From Camelus ferus (taxonomy: Eukaryota): DNA of 64,000 nt. Each line of letters starts with the position of its first letter. The first letter of the stretch is position 1. The position numbers and the translations under genes are program-made. The stretch covers positions 36,024,001 through 36,088,000 of the forward strand of contig NC_045696.1 of assembly GCF_009834535.1 (NCBI RefSeq). The letters run 5' to 3'. Below the pieces are notes generated by a model. That model was not told the origin of the DNA and made no database searches. It saw only the letters and a list, made by a program, of their open reading frames with translations. Below, piece by piece: positions 63,601 through 64,000 of the stretch.

Positions 63601-64000
63601 AATAGGCAGCTGGTAAAAATGGGGAGCCTGACTGAAGCCTGAAGTTATTTCAGTAATTAACCTTTACATTATGAAAGAGAAAGCCCTGGTTATTCATGAT
63701 AGGAATGGAGAGGAAGGCTGATCTCCCTGAATATAAAATAATTATAGAATTATTCTAAATGTAGTATAACAAGAATTTTTCATTTAACTCCCTGATAGCC
63801 CAGGAGACAAGACTCAAGAAATGGGTGCAAGTTGTCTGGAGGGAAAGAAAAAAGACCACCTCAACCCACAATGGGAGAGAGTCTCAGATGAGAAACTCCT
63901 GGAAAGAAATTCCCTGTGACAAAGCACAGGCAATGAATGGTTATTTAAGTAATGTCTGATGTTCAACTTTTAAGTTATTTCCTTTTTAGATTTGTAATTA

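Noticed and set aside
1..64000. Prokaryote-type systems (CRISPR arrays, operons, rRNA)
   Set aside because: The window is mammalian repeat-rich DNA; I saw no regularly spaced repeats or dense coding sequence.

Overview
AT-rich, CpG-depleted mammalian genomic DNA that is intergenic or intronic. It is probably from a camelid, because two short tRNA-derived SINEs of the camelid type are present. I see no intact protein-coding gene; the ORF track reflects transposon remnants or chance ORFs. Much of the window is interspersed repeat: L1 copies (several with TSDs, two 5'-inverted), L2, MIR, MaLR/MLT LTRs, a deleted ERV-L provirus with MLT2 LTRs (39596-44449), and a second class III-like provirus with an env remnant (~53735-58450). 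The main finding is a badly decayed piggyBac (PGBD-type) transposase coding sequence. It survives as five collinear + strand pieces spread over ~22 kb (37150-59080), split by younger L1, ERV, L2 and MIR insertions. One junction has in-frame GT-AG boundaries, so it may be a dead, intron-containing domesticated gene. Also notable: a tailless 5'-half tRNA-Gly(TCC) retrocopy with TSD and a 32-bp micro-inversion in one L1, and an RTE-clade RT fossil near 1.0-1.3 kb. All family assignments are by-eye comparison with remembered consensus motifs, not database searches.
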